Below, piece after piece: positions 11,227 to 25,193 of a stretch of 59,563 nucleotides of DNA (positions are counted from its first letter, which is position 1; each line of letters begins with the position of its first letter). This DNA comes from Vitrella brassicaformis CCMP3155 (Eukaryota; Protista; Chromerida). The stretch lies in contig CDMY01000521.1 in NCBI GenBank assembly GCA_001179505.1, positions 1-59,563 on the forward strand. Reading direction: 5' to 3'. Under the pieces are notes generated by a model. It ran no database searches. It saw only the letters and a program-made list of their open reading frames with translations, and was not told the origin of the DNA. A program made the translations under genes and the position numbers.

Positions 11227-14041
11227 TTAATTCTCCTCCACTGCCCCCTCACCACCGCAATCATTGTCGGCCTTATTGTTAGTGCCCTCACCCTCTCCCC
11301 CCGACTCAACCAAAGCCCCAACACCAGCAGACACAGACACAGACACCGCCCCTGCCTGTGTGTCGAGATTGTGTGTGGGATGTGCGCTGGCCATTGCAAT
11401 GTCTCCTCCCCCAGCACCACCCTTACTGATGCTCATGCTCTCAAGCAGAAGCCGACCCCGCTGTCGCTGCTCTACCTGCAGCCCATCATCGAGGGGGCGG
11501 GGGCCGACAGCATGCTGCTGCTGCTGCTGCTGCTGTGATTGCTGCTGCTGCTGCTGCTGCTGCCCCTCGGCGTGGATGCGAATCGCGCGCTGGATGAGTT
11601 CGTGTCTGTCCCTCTGCAGCACGAGCCGCGCCCTGCCCTGGTGCAGGGACATCTGCAGGTGCAGCAGCCGGGTGGCCTCCTGGTGGATGGCGTGGGGGAG
11701 CTCACGAAGTATCTGGGGGTCCGACAGCTGGGGCAGGGTGTCGGGGAAACTGACACAGACACATACAAAGAGAGAGAGAGAGAGAGAGAGAATGGTGCGT
11801 GTGCCTGTGGGGGGAGTTGGCGGAGGGTAGGGAGTTACTTGGGGTTTGCGAGGGCCTTGGCGAGTGCGTTCACAGCTGCGTTCTTCCCACCGCCATACAC
11901 ACCACCACTTCATGTCAGCGCCGCGATGGAAAGGGAGCAGCCACAGCCACAGCCACATCACACAATCACACGTTTGTTGCTGTAGCATGTGTCTCACACA
12001 CACACCCGCCCACCCACCCACCCACTCACTCACTTACCCTTGGTTATTGTCATTCTGCCTGTCGTGTGTCTGTTTCTGCAGCTGTTTGTACTTCTCCTGG
12101 AGCGCCATGTATGCCGTCCGCTGGCGCTGCACCTCGATCTCCAGGTTAGCCATCTCGCGCTGGTGGCTCTTCTGGAGCAGCTGCAGCAAACCGCCACAGC
12201 TGACAGACACACACAGACACAGAGAGAGGGACAGAGAGGGAGAGGGGGATGGGTGTGTGTGGGGGGGGTTGTGGGGTGTGGTGAAAGAGGTTTGGTGACT
12301 TGTGTCGGAGTCGGTCGATCTGTGCCTCAAGGCGGACGCAACGCTCGCGCTCAGTCACCATCCTGACACACACACACACCGACACGCACGTGTCTCTCCT
12401 CTCTCTCCCTCCCGCTCACCCACCCCCACACACACGTACCCCTCATCGAAGGTCGTTGACCCATCCCGCAGCATCGTCAGCCTGTTGCTGGTGTCCTCCC
12501 CGCCCTCCGCAGCACCGATGGTCAGCAGACGCTGCACCAACCCTCCCATGCGATCCCCCTCCCCCTCACCATCCGACGTGCCCTGCAGCAGACCCTCGGC
12601 CAAACGCGCCAACAAGGGAGACACCCCCGCACCAACACCACCCCCTGTGTCATCGGACTGGCTCGAGTGTGAGGGCGATCCGCCGAGCCCCCCCATGCTG
12701 AATGGCTGGGGGGGCGGGGCGGGGGGCTTCTGTGTGAGGGTGGAGAGGGAGAGGAGGGATTCCCCCCCCTTTGTGTGGATGGTGGGGCGGCTGATGTGCT
12801 GGTCGGGTGTGATGTGTAGGGGTGAAAATGAGGGCGGCTGGGGGAAGGGGGGGTGGGGCTGCGGTCCTGTGCCTGCGCCTCTGCCTGTGCCTGTGCCTGT
12901 GGATGTGCCGTTGGTGAGGGCGTTGGTGGTGGTTGGCCTGTTGTTGTTGCTGCTGCTGTGAGCGGCTTCCTTGCTGCCGATGGCACGGGTGAGTGTGACG
13001 CCCTCGATGTGCGGGATGGGCAGGTCGAGGTCCTGGGTGAACGGCAGCGTGAAGTACATCTGCGGGCGCTTCTCACCTGCACACACACACCGATGCACCC
13101 ATCCATCCATCCATCCATCCATCAAACACACAGTGGGTGTGACCGGGTGGATGGGTGCATACCCTTCTGCAGTGCCAAGAAGTATGGGAGGATCGCCCAG
13201 CGTCCATCCACGGCAAAGGGACACACACAGCAGAGAGGAGAGGTGAGATGCCTTCACAGAAGGCCGTCTCGTCTGTGTGCTGTGCTGTGCTGTGCTGTGA
13301 TATGGTATGATGTGAGCAGGTAGCTCGGTACCGCACCGCGTGAATGTAGGGGCAGTAGTAGGTGGGACACTTGTTGTGCAACAGAAACTGCTGACACTCA
13401 TACCTTCACACACACCAACATTCACACACAGATGAAAGAAATGACAAGCGCGTCCACACCCCTCCCCCTCCCCTCCCCCTCCAGCGTACCTTTTATAGAA
13501 TAGCGGGTGGAACACGATCTCCTCCCGTGAGTGTGCGAGCGGGCAGCGGCCGCCCCGGGGGCAGTTGTTCTGGATCACCTCATCGCCCTCCCCAAACACC
13601 ACGTCCGGACATGCCGCAGGCACGTAGCGCAACGCACTGCTGTCCGTCAGGTACACAGGGCAACGGCGAACCTGCACACACACATGCACATCACAGCGGG
13701 GGAATGCGAAATGGATGGATGGATGGAGGGGAGATCTGGTTCTGTGTGTGGAGGGGTGTGTGGGGTGGGGGATGGCATTACATTACCCAGTAGTTGTTGT
13801 GCCCGTAGCAGCACCGCTCGTGGCCGAAGTCGCACCCCTCCGGCTGCTTGACGCGCCGGCACTTAAGCGTACCTGCACATCAATCCACCAAATCCAACCA
13901 CCACATCCATCCATCCATCCATTCAAATGCATCCAAATGCGTCTTCCCCAGCCCCCCAGGGCATATGATGCGGTTTGTTGTGTCTCGCTTACGGAATTTG
14001 AGGAGATCGTCGTAGCTGAGAAGGTTGGTGTACGGTCCCAT
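11227..14041 (-). CDS. Unkempt-like tandem CCCH zinc finger RNA-binding protein with a coiled coil and poly-Q tail
   Basis: Spliced exons read MGPYTNLLSYDDLLKF|RTLKCRRVKQPEGCDFGHERCCYGHNNYW|VRRCP...ACPDVVFGEGDEVIQNNCPRGGRCPLAHSREEIVFHPLFYK, then CPTYYCPYIH. Later come a coiled coil (ERCVRLEAQIDRLR; LEIEVQRQRTAYMALQEKYKQL) and poly-Q. The 3' end is approximate. Confidence 0.7.
11513..11563. repeat. (CTG)n trinucleotide repeat encoding poly-Q on the minus strand
   Basis: Interrupted tgc/ctg run giving QQQQQQQQSQQQQQQQ. Confidence 0.95.
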
Positions 14042-14719
14042 GGTGGTAGGTGGCGGAAGGTAACGACACGAGATACGATACGATGGTCAGGAGCCTATCT
14101 TCTGTGCTGTATGCCTTTAGATGGATGGAAAGGACGTAAGGATGGATGTGATGTGATGGATGGGTGGGCGCTGACCCACACCACACAACGCAACGCGTAC
14201 GTAACACAGATCTCACTCAGACCCTCAGACCAACCAGCAGACGGCAGACAGAGAGAGGCGTGAGAAGGTAGGTTACGCACAGCAGGGGGGGTTGGTACAC
14301 GGGTACGGACGAAGGGACGGACGGACAGCTGCCTAGAGGCGGTGAGAATGCCTATGACAGGCCAAAACCGGTACGAGCCTTTGAATGAACGGCGATCCAG
14401 CGGCCAGGATGAAGAGCACCGAAAACCTCGTGTTCAGATGGCCAAAAGGGCCGAAAAACGATGGAAGAGATCACTCAGTGCTCTTTAGGGAGGGAAAGTG
14501 CAAAAATGTCGCGGATTCGTAACCCTTCCGGGGAAGGCTGTAGAGAGTGGGGGCTGGCCCCCACCCTCGAGGGAAACAAAGGTGATATGCACTGGCAGTG
14601 GTCACGAATGCAGGCCTCCATTGGTGCCGTCCACAGGAACTTCTGATCTGACTCGCAGAGGCCCGGCGTCTCAGTGCGTCTCACCCCCCGTCCCTCCGCT
14701 CGCTCTTCCGCGCTTCGAG

Positions 14720-17595
14720 ATGATGTACCGTCAGCCCATCGTCCCCCGCACAGCCGCAGTTGCCGTCACAACCTACCCTTTCCTCCCCGCATACCCGCAC
14801 CAGCCCAACTCAGTCTGCTCACCCTACTCTCACAGCGCACACGGCCCTGTGCGCTATGTGAGTCGGTCGGGACGCTCTCTTGACCAGAGCGGCTCCACTG
14901 TTGATGAGCTGCCTCTGGGTCAGCAGCAGCAGCAGGAGCACCGGCTCTCTCTCAGCCACCGCAGTACGCTCGAGAGCATCCCTGTCTCTGTGCCTGACCC
15001 GGGAATGCCGGAGGGACTGCCCCATCCACCATTGCCGACGCAAGAAGAGGCTTTCAGCTTCGACGGCGCGGCCAAGCATGAAGAACATGAGCATGAGCAT
15101 CCGTCAGCAGGAGAGCCGCACAGCAACGGTGGCGGTGGCGATGGTGGCGGTGGGTTGCCACGATACTTGCTGCCTGAAGTCCCTCATCTGCCTCTGCCAA
15201 TGCCGGTGCCCGCCCTAAGTGTCAGCGACCTGGGGGGCATTGTGCCGCCTCGCTACGGGCCGGCCAGGTGCACCCTGCCACCCATCCTGGAGATGCCGGT
15301 TCGCCGCTCCCCGGCCGACAAGAGCGGAGCGGCGGTAGCACGACAACCGCCATCCAATCGCAATCACGACAATCCTGCGAAAGTCAACGGCAGAAAGGCG
15401 CCTGTCAGGCCCAAGACGGCAGGAGGGGCGAGGAGGGAGGGGAAGGGGGGTGGTGACGGGCTTGCTGTCAAGGAAAAGGAGAAGGGCAAAAAGCTCCCCT
15501 TGAACAAGAGCAGCTCGATGCCTCACCTTGAGAACGACCAGCCATCCCATGCGTGCCGCCCCGCAACAGCTGCCGGCCGCATCGAGGACCGCCATCAGGA
15601 CCGCCGGCACTCCTCTGCCCTAGCAGCAGCAGCGGCATCACCAGGGCGTGCACACACACATGCAGCACACGAAGAGGGCTCCTCTGCCCCCGCCGCCCCT
15701 CCACTGACCCGCTCTCGCTCCGCCTTCGGCCGCACACGGCCATCTCAGCCCCAGCTGACCCAGCAGCCGTCAGACAAGAGCTTCGACCTCGCTCTCACTT
15801 CTGCGTCAGCGCGTCAGCAGAAGCCACAGAGGGCGGCAGAGGGTGGGGAGAATGCCCTGTCTGGTCGGCATTGGGAGCTGTCGCTGCGTGAGGAGGCCCG
15901 GCCTGGGAGTGCGAATGCGGCTGCGAGGCGGGCTGTGGGGCAGGCGGCTGTGGCGATGCTGCAGCACGCACCGCTGCCGTCGGCTGGGCAGCCGAGTGTG
16001 CAGGTGGGTGGGAGGGAAAGAGAGACAGGGAGAAAGCCAAACAACTACCACCACCACACACGTCTCGGTCTCATTCGCTTGTGTCTATGTGTGTGTGCAT
16101 GTGACCGAATTAGGCGAGTGGGTTGCCGACTCATTTGTCGCGTGCGTCAACGGTGTACAACTTCGTGCCGCCCCCTCTGCCAGAGGTGCACCCGCAGGAC
16201 ATCTTCGAGCGCACCCGGCTGGCCGTCCGGGCCGTCCAGGACAAAACCGACGAGAAGAAAGCCCTGCAGAAAGAACTCACCAAGGTAAGAACGCCTTGTG
16301 CCCTCTGTGTCTCCATGAGGATCTCTCTCTCCCTGTGTGTGTGAGTATAGTTGCGTGAGCAGAAACTGCAGATGCAGTCGCGCACGGTCAAGTGTCAGCG
16401 AGACATAGAGCGGTTCAAGAGGGAGCGGCTCGAGTGGACGAAGCGCAGCGCTGCGGTGCGGAAGCTGCGGCCGCCGTTGGAGCGGGCCGTGGCCTCGTAC
16501 ACCAGCGAAATCCACAACCTGTCACTCGCTATCAAGGAGACGCAGGAAGGTGCGTATTCGTGTNNNNNNNNNNNNNNNNNNNNNNNNNNNNNNNNNNNNN
16601 NNNNNNNNNNNNNNNNNNNNNNNNNNNNNNNNNNNNNNNNNNNNNNNNNNNNNNNNNNNNNNNNNNNNNNNNNNNNNNNNNNNNNNNNNNNNNNNNNNNN
16701 NNNNNNNNNNNNNNNNNNNNNNNNNNNNNNNNNNNNNNNNNNNNNNNNNNNNNNNNNNNNNNNNNNNNNNNNNNNNNNNNNNNNNNNNNNNNNNNNNNNN
16801 NNNNNNNNNNNNNNNNNNNNNNNNNNNNNNNNNNNNNNNNNNNNNNNNNNNNNNNNNNNNNNNGGGGCGGGAGCTGTCCGATCTGCATTCACGGGATGGA
16901 GAGGAAATGAAAGCGTTCTGGGTATGTGTGGTGTTGGCTGGATTGGTGCGGTGCAGGGTTGGTGTATTACAGCGAGTTGGCGGGGCAGGTAAGGATGGTA
17001 TCACCACAGTGTAGTGTGGATGGAGGGTGGTCTCTGTCCACACGTGTGTGTGTTTTTGGGTGTGGCTATTTCTCACTCTGTGCGTGTGCGCGTGGGTGTG
17101 TAGGAGTCTGAGGTGATGAGTGAGTTGAAGCAGCAGATAGTCGACATCAGACGCGAAATCGCCTCAGAAATCGTCAGACAGACACACAGACACACAGACA
17201 CCCCCCCCACCCCCCACCCCACACCCACACCCACCCACACACTCATGCGACCTTTCTGTGTGCCATGTGTGTGTGTGTGTGTGTCCATACAGAAGGAGAA
17301 GGATGCGATCCAGCTGGCCGCCCGTCGGCTGACGAAGCAGCTCAACCACGTCGACACCAAACACCTCAACGCCGTAAGAAGGACGAGCGGGAGGGAGGGT
17401 GAGACACGAGAGAAAGAGATGCATGGGTGGGTGTATTGTATGCAGGCCAAGGCGGAGAGTGAGCTCAAGTCCACCATTCACGAGACGCTCACGTTCGATG
17501 CTGCGACTGCACGTAAGCAAGGCAACCATCTTTTGGCCCGCCAGAGAGACCGTCGTGGGCCCTGTGTGTGTGCGTGCACATTGCAGGCAACATGA
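14720..17595 (+). CDS. Hypothetical protein with a Pro/Ser-rich N-terminus and coiled-coil C-terminus; multi-exon, spans a gap
   Basis: Long ORF 14498-16288 with first ATG at 14720. Downstream exons read DKTDEKKALQKELTK|LREQKLQMQSRTVKCQRDIERFKRER and SELKQQIVDIRREIASEI|KEKDAIQLAARRLTKQL. The 3' end is approximate. Confidence 0.65.
16564..16863. other. Assembly gap (300 N)
   Basis: Run of N. Confidence 0.99.
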
Positions 17596-19929
17596 GTCTG
17601 CGTGTGTGACCTCACCGACCCACGAGGGGAGGAAGCTTCGTGTGTGGACAGTCCGTGTGTGCGTGCCGTGCCGTGCCGGCCTTTCTGTGATGGATCCTAG
17701 TGAGTGACTGCGGGGGTGGAGTGGAATGCATGGTCGCATCTTGAGACACGCCTGTGGGTGGGGCGGGTGTGGTAATACATGCCTGTCAGTCACATCACTA
17801 ACGGAGCTGATAAGAGTCCGACTTCATTAGTAGTAGCGCATTGAACCGTGTGCCATCGTCCGCCTGTGTGGGGGGTGAACGTTGCAAGCGACACACTGAG
17901 AGTGTTCCGCTCGTGTCGTTACCGGGCGTTTCACACTCAGCCTGCCGACAGCAACGCTCCCCCGCCCACAGGCAGCGAGACAGACAGCACACCAGCAGCC
18001 AACCGATGATATAGGGTCCAACCACAGTAGTGGTGATGACATCCATCCATCCATCCATTTGTCCATCCATCCATCCACATCAACGTGAAATGCGATCCCT
18101 CTGCTCCACACGCAGACAAGACACGCGCACACCACACACAAAAAACAGTCAGTCAGTCAGTCAGTCGGCCTTCCTTTCTTTCGACACACGGACATGGACA
18201 TGAGTGGACAAATCTGCGATTCATTCGACCGACATGGTGAGTGACATGACGAGCGAGCAAGGACACCACCCTCACAGACAGATAGACAGACAGACAGACG
18301 CGCAACGAGGGAGGGAGGGGAGTCAGCAAGAAAGTGACAGACGGGAGGCTCCCGGCCCATCCATCCACGCACGCACATTATCATCGACGGCAGTAGGGAC
18401 GCAGAAGCAGCAAGTGGGTAGGCAGGCAGGAAGGTAAGTACACACATGACGCAAAAACACATGGATGGCAGTAGTGTACAAAAACGGCCGCATCCCCGAC
18501 AGACACCGTGGCGGAGTGAATACACGCACGTGCGCCGGGCGGCAGTGCACCCACAGTCCGTCCCATCCCACGCACAGCACACCCTGACCGACCGAATCGA
18601 CTACACACATGCACAGCCACGAACACATACGCCCGTTTTTTCCTCTCCCCCGTCGCTCGCTGTGTACCACACCGACCCTCCCACGTAGTCGAACCATCCA
18701 TCCCACCCATGACACGGCTGTACACACCACATGCACTCCCACATCCCGACAGACAGCAGCCATCACGAGACCCCTCCCTCCCTCCCCCCTCGCAGCTTCT
18801 GCAGCTGGCAGCCACTTGTGCGATGCTGTATGCGATATGCGACACCTGAGTTGTGTGTGCCTCTGCCCCCGACCTCTCTTGCGGGCCACGACCTCCTTGT
18901 GCCACGTTCCGCCATCCAATCGTCTGGCGGATGGATGACGGACCGTAGCACAAGGAGGTGACTCGCCGGAGAGATGCAGGTATATGAAACACAGTGCGAT
19001 CAAGGCAAAGGAAGATCAAGGCAAAGGAAGTGTTGCACACATGGCGTGCGTGGTCACAAAAATCGGCGTGGATGGGCATAGACACGACAATGCGATTGCT
19101 TCAGGCAGGCAGGCAGGCAGGCCTGTCCTCGTCTCCCTCCCCTCATCCACCCCTCATCACCCAACGAAAGCATCTCCATGTGCGTGCGGTTGAGGTGCCC
19201 ACACGCACGAACGCACTCAGTTACTCATGAACCGACGCCCAAGTATCAAAACTGCAGCAGCAGCAGCACCATCAGCCAGCCAGCAGTGAATGTGTGTGTG
19301 TGTGTCTGTGTGCGTCACGTAGAAGCCCCAAAAATGAGGCAGCCAATCACCGGGAGTGGACGAAATGAATGGATGGATGGATGGATGGAGAAGTGGATGG
19401 AGAAGTGGATGGGTGGGTGACAAGGAGAACACACAGACTTGGCAAACACGACAAAGACACACACACAGGTATGTGTGGCAACACAAAACGTGACAGGACA
19501 AGACACCACAAGGCAAGGCAAACACAGCACTTCAAAACGCCCCCGAGAGCCCCCCTGGACAAAAAATGTGTCGAGAAGGCTGCGGCCATGTGTGTGTGTG
19601 TATGCCATGTGTGTGTATCGTGTGTGTATGCGTGCGGTGGGGTCCCTTCTGCGTCGGAATCGAGTTCATCAGTGGTCCCATGAGGCGAATGGCGTTGCCT
19701 CTGGACCACTGACGAACAGCAGTGCACGCAGAATGGACCTCACTCAGCACACCATACATCAGCAATGTCCCCATTCATGTGCCCTCTCACTCGCCCTCTC
19801 TTAGCACACCGACCGGCGGCGTGTGCCGGCCAAAAAGCAGAGACCGGCACACACAGACAGCGGACACAGCAGCATGAGGCATGAGCGTGATCAACAAATC
19901 AGCAGCCGCCGCCTCTCTCCCCCTCCCCC

Positions 19930-20229
19930 NNNNNNNNNNNNNNNNNNNNNNNNNNNNNNNNNNNNNNNNNNNNNNNNNNNNNNNNNNNNNNNNNNNNNNN
20001 NNNNNNNNNNNNNNNNNNNNNNNNNNNNNNNNNNNNNNNNNNNNNNNNNNNNNNNNNNNNNNNNNNNNNNNNNNNNNNNNNNNNNNNNNNNNNNNNNNNN
20101 NNNNNNNNNNNNNNNNNNNNNNNNNNNNNNNNNNNNNNNNNNNNNNNNNNNNNNNNNNNNNNNNNNNNNNNNNNNNNNNNNNNNNNNNNNNNNNNNNNNN
20201 NNNNNNNNNNNNNNNNNNNNNNNNNNNNN
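19930..20229. other. Assembly gap (300 N)
   Basis: Run of N with C-rich flanks. Confidence 0.99.
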
Positions 20230-20282
20230 CCCTCTAGCGTGTAAGTGAATAGTATGTGTGCATGCGTGTGTGTGTGGATGAG

Positions 20283-21768
20283 TTAGAACATGATGAACTT
20301 CTCGCCCTCCCGCTTCACCACCGGGTCGACCTTCAGGATGATCTGGAAATCCTGCACCATAGAGGGAAGAACACACAAGCGGAAGCGGATATGGTGCTGA
20401 CACGACTGTGTGGGTGTCAGCCACCCAGCCACCCACCCCCCCACTCACCTTGGGGTCGTCCGCGTTGAGCTTCGGGTATCGGTGCACTGTTTGTTCAAAC
20501 ACACAACAACAGTACAGTTAACAACAAGGCAGCCGTCCGTCCACGAATCCTTGGCGTGTGTATGCTGTGTGTCGTGTGTGTGTGTGAGGGTGTCAGCTTA
20601 CCCACACCGACTCCCTCCGCTGAGTCAGGGTCAAACGCATTGCCCTTGAGCACCACCACCTGCACCACACAAACACACACACGGGCAGAACGGGCAAGGG
20701 ACATTCGGCCACACAAGCACTGGGAGGTCAGCCGTTCCTGTTGCCCTCACCTTCTGCTCGCCGACTTTTTCGATCTTGGTGTCGCGGTTGAACTTGATGG
20801 AGCCGTCCTTGAAGCGCTGCAGGAAGTTCTCGGGCACATACTCGATGCCTGCACACACACACAATCCACCCACCCCTCCATCCATCCATCCATCTGTCTG
20901 TTGACCATTGCTGCAGTCAACCGCTCACCGTTGCCGACGTATGTGGTGGTGAGCCGTATGGTGTCATAGTTGATGTGGAAGGAGTTGTTGGTGACGGACG
21001 ACTTGGTCATGCGGCCGTGGTTCTGGTGGTCCACACGCACCAGAGACACCACGACCTCCTCGTTGCGAGTCAGCAACGACATGTACAGACACGACTCCTG
21101 TCAGCCACCACAGGCCATCAGCCGTCTGTGTGGGTGGGTGGGTGCGCCGGGTGTGTTGCCTCAGATCCTCACCTGCACGTCGGCGGCGAACCGTCTCATG
21201 AGGTCGCCGTGAACGATCTCGTTCTTGACGCCCATCTTGGCGAACTCCTGCTTGACCTCCGCCGCCACATTCTCAGCCTTCATCCCGCGCTTCAGAATAT
21301 AGGGGAACGAACCTGTGTGTGACACAGACATTGACAACAGACAGACAGACAGACAGACCGACAAGCAGCAGACATGTCAATCATGCGTCTGCCTGTCTGC
21401 CTGTCTGCCTGTCTGTCTGACCTTGTAGTGTGTTTTGCGAGATGTCCCTGAGGAAGGCGGTCATCTGTGGGTCGTGCGGCCTGTCGAAGACGACGATGTT
21501 GAGCGGCGAGTTGATGAGCGCCCTGCCCTCCTCTATGTCGAGGCCCGAGTCCATCTTGCGCAGCCTGATGTCCTCCGCCATGACGTTCTCCGTTGTGGCC
21601 ATCTCCGAGTCGACTGACTGCTGGCACTGCGGTAGTGCTTGCCAAAACCACACACACTCGTTGCTGGATGCTGAGTTCGTCACGAAAAAGCTCTGACTGT
21701 TTGGTGCTCTTGCCGTCCCTTCCTTGTGCCCGCGCGATTCTCGACAGGGTTTGTTTGGCCTGGATCAT
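20283..21768 (-). CDS. Hypothetical multi-exon protein
   Basis: Coding-like blocks are separated by microsatellite introns: AEDIRLRKMDSGLDIEEGRALINSPLNIVVFD, GSFPYILKRGMKAENVAAEVKQEFAKMG, GIEYVPENFLQRFKDGSIKFNRDTKIEKV and DFQIILKVDPVVKREGEKFIMF-stop (20283-20285). Confidence 0.65.
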
Positions 21769-23062
21769 GGGGCGGCCTGGCTGCTTTGAGTGAAGCACAC
21801 AGCTCGGTGGTGGTTGTTAGTGATGTGTCTTGATGTCTAACAAATGATGAAGCGATGAATGAAGCAATCGAGTCATTAATTGGTTGTCTGTCTCACAGTC
21901 AGCTGGCCAGTACCAAGCGCTAGGTACAGAAGATACACATCATATGCAGTTAGTAAGACACGAGTGAGGCAGTGAGTGATAGACGTCGTCGCGCCACGGC
22001 ACATTATCGATGCGTCAGGCGTTAAGCGTCATACGTCCGACCGACCCACCGACCAACCAATGGATCTGCTTGTCCCTCTGTCTCTGCCGTCCCAGCCGAC
22101 GCGGACCATTTGCCAGTCATAGGGAAGCCCCTCACGTGAGGACGTGAGGCGGCTTCCTTACGACCAGCCCATGGCCCGCCGCAGCGTGTGGCAAACACAC
22201 CGACCAGCCAATGGCCTCACGCACAAACGATCTTGTAGCTAGTGTAAGAAAGAGGGCTGCTGACCGACGATCGTTCCATCCATCCATCCGTCCGCAGCCC
22301 AGCCTTGCCTCGTTACGATAGCCCCTACTGGCTGGGCTGCCCCCCATCTGGACATCTAGAATGTGGTAGACAAGAGAATGACTGACTGAATGAATGAGTA
22401 AACAAAGACTACCCATGCGCCCCCGTCCCTCGAGCTCCGATTACTCACTAGCAGGCAGCCGCCACTCCATCATCCATCCATCCATCGCGGCCGACATACC
22501 GACAGACCGGAGCGGAAAGCGCATAGAGCAAGTGCTGTCATCCACTGTGGAGTGAGTGAGTGCATCGAGTAAATACCAATGGATGGATGTTATGTGCCTT
22601 CAAGGAAGTATGGGAGATTAGATTAGATTAGATAAGATTAGATTAGATTAGGTACATTAGTTAGTTACACACGGGGATACACACGCACACACACACACAC
22701 ACACAGATAGATAGCAGCATACAGCTATCGCACACACACAAGGTCAGATAGATATATAGATACGGTCAGGCAGGCAGGCAGGCAGGCAGAAGGTATGCTA
22801 CACACCGCATAGCACATAGCACCCACGCAGCCCAGCCTGGGTAATTAGCAAGCACCACTGTTGACACACACACACCAATGCCAATGAACGATACGCATCC
22901 ACCAATCCATCCATCAATCCATCCGTCCATGTGCACACACAAAGGTCGGTGTCTGTCTTCCGTCTGTCTGTAGCACCATCCAGCGTGTCCGTAGCATCCC
23001 AGCCGTCCAGCACCAATCGCAATTACCCAGCCAATTTCATGACACACATGGATTTGCCTCCA

Positions 23063-23362
23063 NNNNNNNNNNNNNNNNNNNNNNNNNNNNNNNNNNNNNN
23101 NNNNNNNNNNNNNNNNNNNNNNNNNNNNNNNNNNNNNNNNNNNNNNNNNNNNNNNNNNNNNNNNNNNNNNNNNNNNNNNNNNNNNNNNNNNNNNNNNNNN
23201 NNNNNNNNNNNNNNNNNNNNNNNNNNNNNNNNNNNNNNNNNNNNNNNNNNNNNNNNNNNNNNNNNNNNNNNNNNNNNNNNNNNNNNNNNNNNNNNNNNNN
23301 NNNNNNNNNNNNNNNNNNNNNNNNNNNNNNNNNNNNNNNNNNNNNNNNNNNNNNNNNNNNNN
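23063..23362. other. Assembly gap (300 N)
   Basis: Run of N. Confidence 0.99.
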
Positions 23363-25193
23363 CACCCACCCACATCGATCCATCCATCCATGTGAGATCG
23401 CTTAGCTTACCTTACCCTGCCGTCCGTCCTTCATTCGCAAATCGCAAATCACATCACAGCATCCATCCATCTGTTCTCTCTCTCTCCTTGGGCCACCATC
23501 CCTCTCCCTGTGTAGGCCCGCATAGCCAACCGGCCCCGCCCGCCCGCCCATCGATCGACACGCTTTACTGCCTAGATGTATGTGCATGCAATGCAGTCAC
23601 GCAAAAAGCGGTTTGGTGTGTATCTGTCTGTCTGTGTGTCCCGAAACCTGGCCTTCCCGCGTCGTGTGTTGCTCTCTGTTGCCTTTCCCGGTCTTGTCTT
23701 GTCTCGCCTTGCCAGCCTGACTGCCCCGCCCCGTGTGTAGAGTGTGTCTGCATGTCTGTACGCTACGCTTCTGGGGTGGGGGTGTGTGTGTGGTGTGTGT
23801 GGATGACACAACCCACGGCCTGCCTCGTTTCTCACGACAGCTTCCTTCCCAGGGCAGACAGATAGGCGCAGCTGATGTGTTGGCGTGTGCCTGTGTGGGT
23901 GTGTGGTGCGATGCGTGGCTTTCTGTGTGCATTGCGGGCACGAAGGCAGACAGACAGACAGACACACAGCAAAACCGGGCCATGGGACTAAACCGACCGA
24001 TCTAGCGTGTGCATCAATTGTCGCGTGTGTGCAGAGGGAGCGTCGATGGCAAAGGAAAGGGACAAACAACTGCAAGAGGTGGAATGGTGTGATGCGTGTG
24101 GGTCAAGCCAGGCAGCGAACAACCGTAGAATCATCTGTATGGATGGGCCGAGAGCATCGGGTGGGGTGTGTCAGGAATCGGAAACCAAAACGGCAAAACG
24201 ACAGACAGAGCGATAGAGCCGGCCAGCCAGCCAGCCAGCCAGCCATCCGTCCACACGTACAGAGAGATGGATAGATAGACAGGCAGACAGCCAGCCAGAG
24301 AAGAAAGAGCGAATTCAGGCACTGGAGATCCTTAGGAAGGAAGGAGACCCCATTGTTTCAGGGCCAACCCCCTCCCCCCCCACACACACACAGAGGTAGA
24401 GAAAGAAAGAAAGAAAGACACACACAGACACACACCAAATGCACACACACATCCATCCATCCATCCATCTCAAGACAAGGCAAGACAAGACTAGACAGGA
24501 AACGCAGAAAACGATATGCGACAACCAAAAACCGGTGCTGAGGGAGGCAGGCACCTAGCTTCAAAGTCGGTGTGTGCAGGTCAGGTGTGCACGTCGTGAG
24601 CAAGCAGCGAATTGTGGCAGTCAGTGAGGTAGTGAGTGGGTGCGGTGCGATGGTATGTATCAATCATACCTCTCTCTATGCACACACAACGAGGCAAGCC
24701 AAGGCAAGGCAGCAGACACAACACAACACAACACAACACACCAGACCACAGGCAGGCAGAGCGATGCAGTCACTGCACGTGCGATAGATGTTGGGTGCGT
24801 GAGTGAGTTGAATGTGTGTACGCGGGAGTCATTCGCCTCCATCTTTGGAATAATAATGATGAAACAGACAAACAGAAGGGAAGACATGGAGGGAAGGAGG
24901 GAGGGAGGGAGGGAGGGAGCAGCCAGCGGGGCTGCTGTGTGTGTCAATACATGGGATATATAGATAGACAGCTACCGTACGAGTAGCACCGAGTAGTACA
25001 CAGCGATCCATCAGCGACCTTCGCCATCCTCACCGGCTATACAAACACAGTCAGACGCACAACATCCCGAAGCATCATGCCCCTCCCTGACCCCGCCACG
25101 CCCCACAGCAAAACACAACACAATGCACAACAAAAACACCACGACGCCCCCTCCCCCCCTCCCACAGTCTCCCAGCCGTCATCAGATGGCCGC

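Noticed and set aside
17600-19929. Many short ORFs rich in HT, VC, SIHP and QTDR
   Set aside because: They are translations of (CA)n, (TG)n, (CATC)n and (CAGA)n microsatellites. I could not build a consistent spliced model.
21840-21900. ATGATGA resembling a snoRNA box C
   Set aside because: No downstream CTGA box D or terminal stem is visible.
21800-25070. Long apparently gene-free region
   Set aside because: Only simple repeats were seen, with no terminal inverted repeats, LTRs, transposase or reverse-transcriptase motifs. A non-coding transcript or hidden exons cannot be excluded.
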